Assembly (NCBI RefSeq): GCF_006345805.1
Contig: NC_043008.1
Coordinates: 37,758,001-37,822,000, forward strand
DNA from: Octopus sinensis
Lineage: Eukaryota
Length of the DNA: 64,000 nt
Direction of reading: 5' to 3'
Shown: positions 25,898 to 39,714 of the stretch, piece after piece
Numbering within the stretch: the first letter of the stretch is position 1
Layout of the letters: each line of letters opens with the position of its first letter
Position numbers and translations under genes: made by a program
Notes under the pieces: model-generated
The model's database searches: none
What the model was told of the DNA's origin: nothing
What the model saw: the letters and a program-made list of their open reading frames with translations, nothing else

Positions 25898-26235
25898 TAT
25901 CCACCCATGTTGCTTTGATTAACCCAGGACAATAGCAGAAGACACTAGCCTCAGTGCTGCACATTGGGACTGAACTCAAAATCCTGTGGATGTGAAATGA
26001 GCTCTTTAACCACAGGGCCATAACTGCACCTGTATGCACACATACACACATGCACATAGATAGATAGATTGGTAGATAAACAGATTTATGTATATGTATA
26101 TATAGACACATGCATATAGCATATACACATGCATACATATATACGTGTGTATACACCACCATACATCCGTTTCCAAGTAAGTTTATCTATGTATGTATGT
26201 ATGCATGTATATATCTATCTATCTATATATATCTA

Positions 26236-26292
<57 letters not shown>

Positions 26293-26604
26293 GAAACAAG
26301 GTATACTTTATTTGCCAGCATATATGATGCACTGATTTTATTCTTAAACTTATCAAAAAAGTCCCCTACCTCTAATGGGAGCCTGAGTGTTGTTGGCTAG
26401 GGAGCAAAGGAACATAAGTTCATGAGGTACACTTATGGGCATTAATAACACACGTATTGGAAAGAGGCCAAATTATCAGAGTCAACACAAATTTAAGAGA
26501 AATTATTTATGGTTCATTGGCAGTTATGCAAGGAGCATACATCAATGTATCAAGTCTCTCCTTTCCCAGTATACATGACCTAAAGCTAATATATGTTCTA
26601 CATT

Positions 26605-27225
26605 AAGGTGGTGAGCTGGCAGAACTGTTAGCACACCAAGCAAAATGTTCAGTGGCATTTCATTCATTTTTATGTTCTGAGTTCAAATTCCACCAAGGTC
26701 AACTTTACCTTTCATCCTTCCAGGGTTGACAAAATAAGTAGCAATTGAGCACTGGGGTTGATGTAATCGACTCACCTCAAGGCAGCGAGCTGGCAGAAAC
26801 ATTACCATGCCGGGCGAACTGCTTAGTGGTATTTTGTCTGCCGTTACGTTCCAAGTTCAAATTCTGCGTGGTCGATACCGTGACGTGGTCCGACCTGTAA
26901 ATTTACGGGTTGGGCCACATGGAACAGTCATGCTTCTAGGTGACCATTGCACGCCAAGAGGGTCCAGACTACATTAAGGGGTATGAGCCAGCAAGTCTAT
27001 GTCTCCGGCTTGGCCGCGATGCAGCCGGAGATGACTGCCTTTCATCCTTTCGGGGTTGATAAGTTAAGTACCAGCTATGCACTGGAGTCAATGTAATCAA
27101 TTTAATCTCTTTGTCTGTCCTTGTTTGTCCTCCTCTATGTTTAGCCTCTTGTGGGCAATAAAGAAATAAGTAATTGACTCATCTCTTCCCTGAAATTGCG
27201 ATCCTTGAGCCAAAATTTGAAACTA
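26605..27225 (+). mobile_element. SINE family A nested in SINE family A
   Basis: Outer copy 26605-26778 plus 27171-27225; inner copy 26779-27170; TSD TAATCGACTCACCTC / TAATTGACTCATCTC. Confidence 0.85.
26876..27035 (+). other. Unassigned GC-rich, hairpin-rich insert inside the inner SINE
   Basis: Interrupts SINE A between GGTCGA and TGCCTTTCATCC. 15-bp and 9-bp stems; CpGs retained. No second copy seen in the window. Confidence 0.75.
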
Positions 27226-27690
27226 ATATGACCTACATTATTTAATAACTGTATTATTTAAAGAAAAGTTTGTTTATTATTTCAATGTAAAAATACTCCT
27301 AGAAAAGTGAATGGAATGTTAACAAACCTTCATTCCAGCCATTTGCACTGACACTACTCTCCACCTATTTGTATTTTTCTGTCTGTTTTGTTCCATATTT
27401 TTCCAGTGTGTTTGTATTTGTTTGCATATATCAGGCTTTATTGTTATCAATCTATTTCTTTTTGCTATGGCAAATTTAATTTAGCTTCCTTTAAATGTTA
27501 ATGTAAACTTACATTGTATGATTTCATATTTTATTCCATTATACTGTCATAGTAGTGTTTTTACATGTGCAGAATCACATACTTTCCATTACAAAACCAT
27601 TTAAAATATCTTTCAATAAATGCACGATGAAGAATACTGAGAATTTCTTTCTCAAGAAATATCCTTGGAAAATTAGGTGTGTCTTATGCA

Positions 27691-27827
27691 AGGGTGATAA
27701 TTAAAAGGAAAAAATCACGAATGTTTACTAGCTAGACTGAGTTTGGCTACTCTATGATCAATTATCAAATTTGCTTAGAAGTGCAACCAAATGCACCAAT
27801 AAGCGGTTTTTAGACATTTAGTGTTAA
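27691..27827 (+). repeat. ~135-bp dispersed repeat, copy 1 (copy 2 at 29064-29197)
   Basis: Shared GAATGTTTACTAGCTA..TCAAATTTGCTTAGAAGTGCAACCAAATGCACCA. Confidence 0.85.
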
Positions 27828-28149
27828 AAAATTCCAATAATTTGGGGGTATGATCATTGCATTTCATGCAATGTTTCAGTTTTATTTTTACTAATAATAT
27901 CTAATGCATGCTAACTATATTCTGAAACTAACTATTTTTGTGTCAATCTAACTTGTTTTGTAAGTTTGTGACACCCCCGATGTATAATTTGATCATTCGT
28001 AGAGAATGACTGTCTTCAGAAACTTGTCCTCTTCACCTGTTCCCATGCTTTTAAGATGAATCTTCTGTTTTACAAATTTTTGTTTATTTCACATGTATAA
28101 TTTTCTCTGATCTTTAAGCTTTCATCTGCAATTATCACTTTCTCCTCTA

Positions 28150-29025
28150 CCTCCTTATTGCCATTGTCATCGATGTTGTTGTTATCATTATTGTATCATT
28201 ATCATCATCATCATTATCATTATCATCATAGTTGTTGTCATCACCATCATCATCATCATTATCACCAACACCACCATCACCATCATCACCATCACCAACA
28301 TCACCATCACCATCGTCGTCGTCGTGGTTGTCATCATCATCATCATCATCATCATCATCACAGTCAGTATCATCACAATCATCACTATTTTTTTCCATGC
28401 TGGAATGGTTTGCCAACAGCTCTTGAAGCAGTATTTACCAGAAATATGATTGTCTTGATACGGTTCCTTACTCGTTTTCAAATGAGGTTCTTTGTTCCAC
28501 TGGTTCTGCAAGTTAACGTATCAAGATGTGATGCATTTTGCTAATGCTAAATACAAAGAAACACCATAATTGCCGAAGCAGTGTCAGTATGAAGGCATGC
28601 AGATACAAACACACCCAGACACAAACATGCATGCATGCATACATATACATATATGAGCACACACATCAAACATACACGCTCAATTGCACACACGTATGCA
28701 CAGATACACACATGCGTACACATACATGTGTGCTTACACACAACCTCATACACATTCCAGATGCATGCATGCACATGTATGTACACCAAGTTACACAGAC
28801 ATACACATACATAACTAAGCTTACATACATATGCACATATGCATACACATACATGTATGCATGCACACATCCTCATACACACACATGCAAACACATGTAT
28901 ATATACATGTGCACAACCATGCACAAGCCTACATACACATATGCTCACACAGACAAACACACATACATACAAGTCTACACATGCACATGTATATACATAC
29001 ACACAAACACACACACATGCATGCC
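28150..29025. repeat. Degenerate (CAT/CAC)n followed by a degenerate (CA/CATA)n field
   Basis: Direct observation. Confidence 0.9.
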
Positions 29026-29569
29026 TATAGGATTGGCTTCCATACAGTTTCTGTCTTTTGAATAGGGTAAGTAAAAGGAGAAAAAACCCGAATGTTTACT
29101 AGCTAAACTGAGTTTGGTCACTCCATGATCAATATCAAATTTGCTTAGAAGTGCAACCAAATGCACCAGTAAGCAGTTTTGAGACATTTATTGTTAATTA
29201 ATTACAACATCATTTTGGTGTTTGTTGGGATTGAAACTGGGACCGCATGGTTGAAAAGCTAAATTCTTAACCACACAGCTATACCTTGGCTTATAATATG
29301 AGCTTCTTAATATATTCTTAGATTCTTAGAATGTCCGTCAAGTGAAATCTTTACTCGTTCATGTGAATAGAGACTTATGAGATTCAGTACCAGCTTTAAA
29401 TAAATAAGAAATGATGCTTTACAATTTCTTTAACACATGACTACATGATTGTGTCTCTTTCTGATCTGATCAGGTATGCATATAAGTGTGTGTGTATGAG
29501 TGTGTGCATGTGTGCATGTGTGTGTATGTATCTACATATCAAGCTATATATATTGATAAAAATGGTAAA

Positions 29570-29763
29570 GCAATATATATATATATATTTATATATATAT
29601 ATGCATATACACACACACACACACATATATATATATATTATATATATATATGTATGTATGTATATGTATGTATGTATAGATAGATAGGCATACAGACAGA
29701 TAGATAAATAGATAGATTAGATAGATATATAGATGGATATGCATATACATATAAATTTGGGTA

Positions 29764-29840
<77 letters not shown>

Positions 29841-29985
29841 GCATATATATATATATATATATGTATATAAACATATATGATATATATATATGTATATATA
29901 TATATGTATGTATATATGTATATATATATATATATATAATATATATATATATATATAATATATATGCATATATATATATTGATAA
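29570..29985. repeat. (TA)n/(TATG)n/(GATA)n microsatellite
   Basis: Direct observation. Confidence 0.95.
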
Positions 29986-30419
29986 TAAAAAAAGATATAA
30001 TACAATTATTAGTTAAGGGGATAAGATATTTATAGTACACTTTAATATTTTCAATAGATATTGATTTTGAAAATATATCTGAAAGGACCTGAGGAGCTAG
30101 TCGACTATAACTTATGTCATATTTTCCTTTTCAACTCAAGAGCTTTATTGGTCGATAAATAAAATATATGAGTTTTTTTTAAAGTTTTTAATTATTTATT
30201 ACTATTATTGTTTTCTTGAAGAATGATCTTTAAGTTAAGAACTTTGGTTGATTCTTTGTTAATTACATTTTATATATTTAAAAAATTTTTATTTATATAT
30301 CTATCTTCCCCAGCAGTCATCTTTATCAAAGATTAATAATGAGAATTCACTTTATTTGTCCAAAGCTAATCAATAGACTATATATATTGGCTTATGAATA
30401 ATTGTGATTTTCGTTTTAT

Positions 30420-30437
30420 TATTATTACCATTATTAC

Positions 30438-30473
<36 letters not shown>

Positions 30474-30603
30474 CATTATTATGATCTTCACTTTGAAAAT
30501 CAAGATATACTTTCTGCTGATGCTATTTCATGCCCCAATCAGCTAAGGAAGAAAAGAAGAAAGGGGGAAAAAGGTTTCAGATGTGAAAAAATCAAAGGGG
30601 GAA

Positions 30604-30701
<98 letters not shown>

Positions 30702-30819
30702 GATAATAATAATAATAATAATAGTTTAATCCTGATTTCTGACTACATTGTGAATTCACTTCAATATAGTCTATTTCCAGGTTCCCTGAGAACAGTGAAA
30801 GAAAAATCATTATAATAAC

Positions 30820-30853
<34 letters not shown>

Positions 30854-30919
30854 TAATAATAATAATAATGATAATAATAATAATAATGATAATAATAATA
30901 ATAATAATCGTCATCGTCG

Positions 30920-30951
<32 letters not shown>

Positions 30952-30975
30952 TTCATCATCATCATCATCATCATT
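30420..30975. repeat. (TTA)n, (AAT)n and (CAT)n tracts
   Basis: Direct observation. Confidence 0.95.
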
Positions 30976-31446
30976 ATTATTGTGGAAAAGTAAATTTAAA
31001 ACACTTACAACCTTTGTACAGTCTTTCAATGTAAATAGTAAAGGATTCATTTCGGAATATGGCAATTTTCTTTCTTTGGTTTTTATATTCTCTGCTTATT
31101 GAAAGGCTGTGTAATTTATTTGTGTGTAGATGCATGTGTGCATGTGAGTACATGTTGTGTGTGTATGCATACTTGCACAATATTAAAGTCTGGAAAGTAT
31201 CTTTTAATATCTAAACTTTATGAATATTCAATATTTAAACCTTTCAATTAATAATTTTCATGCTGAATCGAGAGATTTTATTTTGCTAAGATTGCATCTT
31301 AAATTTAAAAGTCATAAAAATGTTATTTTGTGTGAATGAAACTAATCTTAACATATTCATTTTTTTTATTATTCATGTACAAGTTTTGGACATTGGACTG
31401 CAGCCAAGTTGAGCTACCAACGTACAGGGTTTTAATTGATCTTGCA

Positions 31447-31720
31447 TGGCTCACTGGTTAGTGAATCAGGCTTAAATAGTGAGGTTTTGGGTTTGTTTCC
31501 TGGTTTGAGCTGTGTGTTGTGTTCTTGAGCAAGACACTTTATTTCATGTTGCTCCAGTTCACTCAGCTGTAGAAATGAGTTGTGACGTCACTGGTGCCTA
31601 TCTGCAACAGCCTTTGCCTTTCCTTAGGTAACATCAGTGGCATGGAGAGGGGAAACTGGTATGCATGGGCGACTGCTGGTCTTCAATAAACAATCTTGCC
31701 CAGGGGCTGTCTTTATCTTA
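31447..31720 (+). mobile_element. SINE family E (decayed)
   Basis: Matches the reverse complement of 38661-39012; shares TTGAGCAAGACACTT..TTGCTCCAGTTCACTCAGCTG with family D. Confidence 0.75.
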
Positions 31721-32760
31721 GTTAATTTTGTGGACTCTAGTGCTTTATTTGGGACTTCCTTTATTAGCTTTGGAGGTGGATGGAAGGCAACGATAAGTGA
31801 GTGTATGCTGAATATGATAAGTATGTGTGTATCAGCATGAAATGTTAAGAAAAGAAATTAATGCATTGAACAAAAATTCCTTGTAGAATATCTAGCCATT
31901 TCCTCAAGATATACAAAATATTTTCATTCAATGCATCTATTTTTTTCTTTCTTTTTACCATCTTATGCTGATACAAACATGCATATATGCACACACACTC
32001 AAGCATAGACATATGTATCTATGAGCATATGCAAATGTATATATGTACATGTGTGTGCATAAGCATAAGGATGGAGAAGTTTGCTTTGCAGTCAAACAGC
32101 TTTGAGTTTCATCCTGCTGAGTGGCACAGAAGATACTATCTTCTGCTATATCTGATGCTGATCAAGGCTTTGTAAAATTGGTAGATAGAGTCTATACTGA
32201 AACACACACTCTATCTATCTAGTGGTAGGGAGAGGAGGAGAGACAGGTGTCCCTAAACTGGAGATTTCAGTTGAATGCTACCAACAAAGTAAGTTCTGAC
32301 AAAAACATTCACAGGTCGGATTGAGATGTCCATTCAGGTTTCACAATAAGTCCTGCAACTCAGGAAATGAGAACACAAAACTGAGAAGAGAAATCAGGTC
32401 ATTTCATTGGATACTTTATCCATTTTGCCAATCCATTACTCTTGGTATAAAGTAAACTGACACAAATATAGAATAACATTATTCATACAAAAATTTCTTT
32501 GCACAAATGCAGGCATGGCTGTGTTGAACTACAGACAGGGTTGTGTGGTCAAGAAGTTAGCTTCCATACCATGTAGCTTCAGGTTCAGCCCCACTGATTG
32601 GCAGTTTGGGAAAATGTCTTTTATTAGAGGCTTGGGCTGACAAAACATAGCTTTGTGAATGTATTAAATAGTAACAAAAAGAATCCTATTCTATACACAT
32701 ATGCATACATATATACATATATATATATACATACATACAAATATATATATATATATATAT

Positions 32761-33700
32761 ATATTTAAATATTGAGGGAGATAAATTAATATTAATTTTA
32801 ATATCAATTTAAAACCAGTAGTCCAGCATTCAGAAAATCTGAGGAGTCAGAGAAAATTCAAATATATGTGTATATTGGCAGGGCTGGCCTGCTAGGTAGC
32901 CGGCCAGAATGCTAGAAGAAGATCATCAACGATCAAACTACAGGGAAATTCTCTAGAGGAAGAATTCAGCGAACCCAGAACCAACTTTGGCGGGCAGGAC
33001 ATATGAAAAATTATGTTTTTTATTTAATTTTCATATGTCCTGCCCGCCAAAGTTGGTTCTGGTGTTCGCTGAATTCTCCTCTAGAGAATTTCCCTTGTAG
33101 TTTGATCGTTGATGATCTTCTTCTAGCATCTGGCCGGCTACCTAGCAGGCCAGCCCTGCCATATACACATATATTTGAATTTTCTCTGACTCCTCAGATT
33201 TTTTGAATGCTGGACTACTGGTTTTAAATTGATATTAAAATTAATATTAATTTATCTCCCTCAATATTTAAATATTTAAATAAATACGTTCCCTAGTTGT
33301 AGCACTACCCGCAGTGAATTATTCACTGCAGCCCTTCGCTTCAGGAGTCTCTTAGCGCACCAAACCAAGACATTTGAAATTTTATTCCCGATGTAACAGT
33401 AAGACTAAGCACGTGTCTGTTTGACACAGAGGCTGGGGTAGTCTTGCGGTTTGCATCTCGAGGACCGAATGTACTGATGAAATCACGGACACTTGAATTA
33501 TGCAAGTAATTCTTTTGTTAAGACCGAACCGAGGTATGCTTAGTCTGTTTTTATTTAATTTTTTATATGTCCTGCCCGCCAAAGTTGGTTCTGGTGTTCG
33601 CTGAATTCTTCCTCTAGAGAATTTCCCTTGTAGTTTGATCGTGATGATCTTCTTCTAGCATTCTGGCCGGCTACCTAGCAGGCCGGCCCTGCCAATATAC
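32761..33700. mobile_element. Near-perfect 250-bp-arm palindrome plus partial tandem copy (Penelope-like architecture)
   Basis: 32761-33012 is the reverse complement of 33026-33275. 33546-33700 directly repeats about 33014-33166, a period of about 530 bp. Confidence 0.8.
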
Positions 33701-35566
33701 TATTATTATATATATATATTATTATATATATATATATTATATATATATATGTATATGTATATGTTTTAATTATATGTATGTGTGTGTGCATGTATATAGA
33801 CATATGTATATGTATGTATTTATATATATGTATGTATGTATATTTGTATATGTATACATATGTATGTGTGTGTATGTATATATATATATATATATATGCT
33901 AACACATACAAACACACACACCACACAACACAAATGCATACATGTATATGTGTGTCTGTGCATCAACAAACGAGTGTCTCCAGAATTCTCTGAGCTACAA
34001 TTGGTGATGTTGTTATTTCCTTATCAACAAAAGCTGGCTTTATATCTTCAAAGATGTCTGGAGTAAGTGATCATTTATTTGAAAAACATGCAGCCAAGAT
34101 AGTCAAATAACAGAAGGGGCTTCCAGATCTAAAACAATGTCTGAATAGTATTTTTGTCTAACCCATGCTAGCAGGGAAAACAAGCATATACATGAACGAA
34201 TGAACACATACATACTCACAGATACATATAAACAAGATTTTGCATCCACCATCACATCACATTCACCAATTAATACTTGGCTGCATTTATAAAGCTTCGA
34301 TACCATGATATATGTATAAGAGTTCAAATAATACACTAGAAATCTGGCACATTTTCAATACAACCCTTGTTTATTCATGCCCTAATTTACCTCAAATAAA
34401 GATGTAAAGAAGCAAAATCTAAACATCATTTACTTTGGCTATAAACACAAGGACTTTTGAAAAGTAAATCAGTCTTAATTCTTTGAGAATCATTGCCAAA
34501 AATTGTGATTCATTATCGTAATATTTTTGCTTGACTCTTCTTATTGAAGTATTTTTAATCGGAAAACTTATTAAGCTAATGCTTATATTTCCAATGGAAA
34601 TATTTCTCTTTGCGAGCTGGTTTATGGATTCATACAGCCTTAATTTTTTGGTTATCTTAGCTTAATGATTGCTTTACTGTCAATATTTTCAAAGATTTTA
34701 TGGAACCATTTTGAATTTTAATGAAATTTTCATTACTCCAATACCTTCCCTCTAATTAAAGTCCCGAGTTTAAATTTTCTTTTTTGTTTCTTTTATTTAT
34801 ATAGAATTATTTTGAACTCATTGGAAGCAAGTTGTTTACATTGATGTCAAAGTTATTTCAAGAGAAAACTCAGGCATTTAAATTGTTTTCATTATTTTTA
34901 TCTCTTGAAAATATATTTTTAGTTTCGAATATAAAGCATAAAATGCATAGAAAGCTAAAGTAGATATACATACATGCCTTGCATGCGTACATACAAAAAT
35001 ATATATGGATACACACACACGCACACACGCACACATGTATGATATATATACATATATATGTATATGTATGTATGTATTTGTGTGTATGCGTGTGTGTGTT
35101 GGCCAAATGTTTTTGTTTTTTGTTGTTTCATGTAAATTACAGTTAGAAACTTTTATTCTAATATATTAAACAAACCAATCTCCTGATTGTTAAAACTGTG
35201 TGAAAATGTTATTTAATGCTTGTGTTTTAAAACTCTGAAACACTTGGCTGATACTGAAAGACATAAAAGAAACTAGAAAATTTTTATTGTGAAATTCATT
35301 ATAGTCAGATATGATATACACTAAAAAGGGTGAATGCTTGCATGTGATGTATTTAATATCAGAGAGATTGGTGAAGCTTATATTTAGAACTGTAATCATA
35401 TAGGTAGAGCATAGCTGTATGGTAAAGAATTTTACTTTGGAACCATGTGATTTTAGGTTTGGTACCACTGATTGGCATTGAATTGCTGTCCTTGGCCAAC
35501 CAAAATACTGAAAGTGGAATTCGTGGACAGAAAATGAAAGAACCCCATTATATGTATTTGTGCGTA

Positions 35567-35594
<28 letters not shown>

Positions 35595-35600
<6 letters not shown>

Positions 35601-35947
35601 TGCTTGTCAGTAAATCGACCCCAGGACTTATTCTTTGTAAGCCTAGTACTTACTCAATCGGTCTCTGTTGCTGAACCGCTAAGTTACGGGGACGTAAACA
35701 CACCAGCATCGGTTGTCAAGCAATGTTGTGGGGGACAAACACAGACACACAAACATATACACACACATACATATATATATACATATATACGATGGGCTTC
35801 TTTCAGTTTCCATCGACCAAATCCACTCACAAGGCTTTTGTCGGCCCAAAGCTATAGCAAAAGACACTTGCCCGAGATGCCACACAGTGGGACTGAATCC
35901 AGAACCATGTGGTTGGTAAGCAAGCTACTTACCACACAGCCACTCCA
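35595..35947 (-). mobile_element. SINE family B
   Basis: Reverse complement of the 22574-type element. Confidence 0.9.
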
Positions 35948-37559
35948 ATGCCTATTTGTCTACATGGAAAACTAGATGTTAAAACGATGTTGTTGATGGT
36001 GATGACAACAACGATGACTGCGATGATGATGATGTTTATAGCCATAACAAGGATGATTATAATTGTGAATCTAATATTAGTGATTAACCTTCTCATGTTA
36101 ATCATCATCATGGTCATAATTTAATGACCATGTTGCAAACTGGCATGGGTTGGACGTTTGGCAAGAACCAATGAGTTCCAGGACTGCATGGTGCCTCAGT
36201 TTCTGTTTTGGCATGGTTTCTTATGGCTGAATATCTTTCTTAACGCCAACCAATTTACAGCATGTACTGGGCAACTTTTCCATGGCAATATTGAAGTCAC
36301 CACGCAGCTTACAAGACTAATTCTGAGGCATTAATAAAATTCTTTACTGCAGGACCAAACAGAATACCAAGGAATAGAACTGTCTGAGCATATAACGACT
36401 CAGCTCTGCAACTGGTTATTTTCAAAAATATTGCTCAATAATAATAATAAAATAATTGATCATTTTCTGATATCAAAGTTAAATTGAAGAAAGATTGCAC
36501 ATACACCCACCCCACCAAAAACAAAAAAAGGCCAAAACAAAACAACAAAAAATATATATTTAACTATTAGTTTTATGATGAAATGTGTTTAAATATGTTT
36601 TAAATATTGATTTATATCTCTTCTTCCTTCTCTCCTGAAATTTTCAAGAAGTATTAAGTTTATCATTTCAGGAAATATATGTTTAAATCTGCTTTTATTA
36701 GAAATTTTGACTTTAACATATTTGATTCCTTTATTGAAAAGCTTCAAATTTAATATATTAAATTTAGAATGAAAAATAACAATTTAGATGTAAGAAGGCA
36801 GAAAACTTATTAGTTTCTTTTAGACTTTTATGGCAGAAAACTTAGATATTTTCCCCCCTACTGATTCAATATTTATTATATTTCAAGAAAATAAATCACA
36901 AGACTTTATGAAAACCAAGTTTATTCAATAAAATAGTGAAGGATCTCTTTATTCAATAAGATAGTTGTATTTCATTTTGTGTTCGTTCTTTTGTGTTGCC
37001 AGTGTGATGAGCTAAAATGTCTAACTAATATTCACATCATTTACTGTTAATGCAATTCAATGATGGTTGATGGAACATTTCTGGAAACAGATAGAAACAC
37101 ACCAGAATAACTATATTATCTCATTTAGTTTCATTTTTCTCAATATTGATTTCAAATCCATCTCCAGTTAAACTTTTCAGTTTCATTTTCCTGGAGTTGA
37201 TAAAATAGGTACCAGTAATACCCTGAACTTTTATCCCTTTGAATACATTCTTCTTTTTACTTCATGCCAGGTTGCATATAAAGCTTTCATGCTCTCTCTC
37301 TCTGTCATTCACACTTGATTCCACATTCCACATCTACTGGCCTGTTTCTCTTTTCCAACAATTCTTCTCCAGATGTTCTTCAGTCTTCCAATCTTACTCC
37401 TTGCTTCAAGGACCCCTTTCATGGCAACCATATGTTGTTGTTAGGATCTTTGTTTTGGATGTGGCCAATATATTTCCACCTCCTTCTCTGTCCTTCATTG
37501 TTCATCCCCTTCACTCCACCTCTCTTGAGCATGGTTTCATTATTTGTGTAATCTAGCCC

Positions 37560-37830
37560 CATACCTTAAGAATCTCCCTCTCTTGCTGTCAGCTTTTGTT
37601 ATTTTTCAAGGGAGCCATATGTCAGAACCATCTTTACCAAAGTTATTGCTTTTGCAGTTACAGATGATCTGAACATGGCCTGGGCTTTGTCGAGTAAGTT
37701 ATCCAGATCCATGGTACCACCTGTAATAATAGAGACAAAGGCTCCTAAGTATACAAAGCTGTTGACATCTTCCTATTTCTTTTCATTCATCATGATGCTG
37801 TTTGCGTTTTGAATACATAGATGCATTTGA
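37560..37830 (-). mobile_element. RTE-type LINE reverse transcriptase fragment
   Basis: Minus translation EDVNSFVYLGA..TGGTMDLDNLLDKAQAMF resembles the RTE E.V..F.YLGS....GG....I..A...F region. Confidence 0.65.
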
Positions 37831-38469
37831 AAGCATGATTCGTGCCTCCTTGTAAGAAATTGATATTTAAATTAATTTCTTTTTAATTGTTATTTTTGTT
37901 TCATCCTAGGTTAACCATTAGTATGCAGACCCATGATCAAAGGCATTCCAGCCATGCCATCCCTTCCTTTTCCTGATACGGTGCACTACTTAGGACTACA
38001 TTATCCATTGCATATCATTGGTTTCTATGATCACAAAATTTGATTTTAGGGGGATTTAACTGTTGTTTCTAGTAGATTCAGTGACTCTGTATAGGCTCCT
38101 TTCTGTGCACATGCAGGTGCAGTTATATGGTCAATACTGATCAACGGATGCCATATACTGCATACTAAGGACAATTTAAATGACACCAAGATCTGCGACC
38201 TTTTGCCAATGTGAAAAATGATCATGAAGAATAGCATAGATCATCATCATCATCATCATTGTTTTAAAATCCACTTTTCCATGCCTACATGGGTTGGAGG
38301 GGATTTATTGAAACAGATTTTCTATGACCATTCCTGTGTCCAACCCTTACCTGTTTACAAGTAAGCTAATGGCTAGACATATTTTCATGGAAGACTGAAA
38401 TTATGGACACCTCATGCATGACAGTGACACTCATTTACAACTATTGCATGATGTCAAGGCAAGAAGATG

Positions 38470-39012
38470 CACACACACACACACACATATACACACACAT
38501 ATACAAAAAGCTTTTATCAGTTTCTGTTTACCAAATTCACTCACAAAGCTTTAATCACCTTGGAGCTATAGTGGAAGACACTTGCCCAATGTGTCATGCA
38601 GTAGGACTGAACCCCAAACCTCATGGTTGGGAAGCAAACGTCTTACCATACAGCCATAAAAGGTAAAGGTAAAGACCCCCTTTAGGTTATGAATGACCAT
38701 GGGATTGCACCTGAGAGGTTCCCCTCCGAGGCACATGTCCAGGCAAGGATGTTTATGGAAGACCAATCAGTCACCCATGCATACCAGTCTCCCCTCTCCA
38801 TGTCACCAATGTTATTATCCAAGGGAAAGGCAGAGATTGACACACCTTGGCACCAGTGACGTTGCAACTCATTTCTATAGCTGAATGAACTGGAACAATG
38901 TGAAGTAAAGTGTCTTGCTCAAGGACACAACACATAGCCTGGTCTGAGAATCAAATTCATAACCTCTTCATTGTGAGTCCAATGCTGTAACCGGTGAGCC
39001 ATGCCCCTTCAC
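38470..39012 (-). mobile_element. Adjacent SINE B remnant (38470-38655) and SINE E (38661-39012)
   Basis: Similarity to other copies in the window; family E tail (CCTTTA)n. Confidence 0.8.
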
Positions 39013-39714
39013 ATACAGCCATATCTGCACCTATTAAAATGCTTCAGATGGGCTCCCAATGATGAAATTCATATACACTTATTTTATATCCAGTTAAAGT
39101 TGACTGATGACTATAATTTAATTCTTAAAACATGTAAAAGTGTAAAAATATCACAACTCTGTAATATTCAATCAATTCTATTGATGTCAAATTCTGTTTT
39201 TACATGAAGAAAACGTTATTCTCTCAGGAAGTCCATTACGTATAAGTATCATCGCTGACATTATCATCATTATCTTTTTTAACATGATGCTGACTGCATA
39301 GATCTGACAAAATTTATTGTAGCAGATTTTCTATGGCTTCATGTAATTCTTGTGACCAATCCTCACTTGTCTGCAAGTAAGTTATCATTGGTCTATGGTT
39401 TGACATATTTTCATGGAAGATTTTAAATGAGGGTCTCTGTATTACAATGAACCTTGCTTATGACTATCCTGCAATATCAGGACAAGGGGGGACACACACA
39501 TGCACACATGCACAAACACAACACACATACACGCACATACACACACACACATATACATGGCCTGGTTTCCAGTAGCCATTTGGGACTTCCTGCACCTCTC
39601 CACTCAGCTACATGATCCTGATGAGCTAGGTTACTGTAAGAAGCCTACAAAACTGAAAATTGCATGGGGCCTGAATCAAACTGCTTTAAATAGATGATGA
39701 TGATGATGATCTTA

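Noticed and set aside
26876-27035. U1 snRNA pseudogene interpretation of the structured insert
   Set aside because: Only the AUUGCAC loop matches; no ATACTTACCTG 5' end, U1-70K loop or Sm site.
32271-32288. 18-nt microexon candidate TTTCAG|TTGAATGCTACCAACAAA|GTAAGT
   Set aside because: Strong donor but almost no pyrimidine tract; cannot be supported without transcripts.
33471-33500. CTGATGA as a canonical hammerhead core in the 33-kb unit
   Set aside because: No closing stem II followed by GAAA could be drawn downstream.
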